From Glaucostegus cemiculus (taxonomy: Eukaryota): a stretch of DNA of 64,000 bases. The first letter of the stretch is position 1. Each line of letters begins with the position of its first letter. The DNA lies in NCBI GenBank assembly GCA_976551045.1, contig CDPCPM010000017.1, forward strand, positions 4,154,001 to 4,218,000. The letters are read 5' to 3'. Below the pieces are notes generated by a model. That model worked only from the letters and a program-made list of their open reading frames with translations. It was not told the DNA's origin and did no database searches. The translations under genes and the position numbers were made by a program. Below are positions 63,461-64,000 of this stretch, piece by piece.

Positions 63461-64000
63461 CCAAGCACAGGGTCCAGTCATCATGCATCATGGGACAAGA
63501 ACTGGGTTCTGGGAGTCCTCTGCAAATATGGATGGGCTATTGGTAAATTAGTCAGAACATATGCAACCCTCGGAAATGATTACAGGTCTCATTTCAGAGC
63601 CAGGGTCCTAAATGTCATTTTCATCGCCTCTGAGTCACACAGCTTGGAAACAGGCCCTTCAGTCCAACAAGCCCACACCAACCATCAAGCATGCGCTTTT
63701 CCTTGCTCGTGTTTATGATGCACCAGTCCTCTTTCTGGTAGTTGAGACAAACCCACAATATTTAACCAGTCCACTGATATTTTTCTGCGTTAGGTAGTGT
63801 CAGAAGGAACAAGAGGACTACCCGTAGGCTCCAAACAGCAGGATGCTTTACGGCTCACTTGATTTGTCCTGATGAGGCCCAAGGACAAATATCCACTGAG
63901 CCTCGGGTCTCTTCATTCCGGCACCCTGGTGATGTGAGGTTCACACCCAGTTCAGGGCACTGAACAATTGCGACCCAATCAACACACATGGGGTACGTCC

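Noticed and set aside
63078-63718. Proline-rich ORFs of 95-157 aa
   Set aside because: A by-product of the C-rich low-complexity tract.
63868-63900. ctgatgaggccc hammerhead-like box
   Set aside because: No closing stem II followed by GAAA was found.

Overview
This is vertebrate genomic DNA, not prokaryotic. The repeat complement (CR1/HER1-type LINEs, tRNA-derived V-SINEs, Penelope-like elements, Deu-type SINE remnants) points to a cartilaginous fish, probably a batoid; that assignment is an inference. The only well-supported protein gene is an intronless Shaker-family K+ channel at 12257-13849 (-), identifiable as KCNA5/Kv1.5 from its termini. It sits in a CpG island within a stretch of about 6.5 kb with no recognisable repeats. 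The rest is AT-rich non-coding DNA with decayed, often nested CR1, Rex1-type, L2, Penelope, Gypsy and Tigger-like elements. The structures the annotation does not explain are: (1) a 72-bp near-perfect inverted repeat pair (3320-3391 / 3998-4069) launching two convergent ORFs with the same signal-peptide-like N-terminus but different bodies; (2) an 81-nt near-perfect hairpin at 18878-18958; (3) an orphan canonical 103-bp exon at 45914-46016 (-); (4) stacked uORFs over the KCNA5 start; (5) unusual Kv1.5 pore residues; (6) hammerhead-ribozyme-like cores in palindromic Penelope-derived repeats. Repeat families and boundaries were recognised by eye and are approximate. No database search was run.
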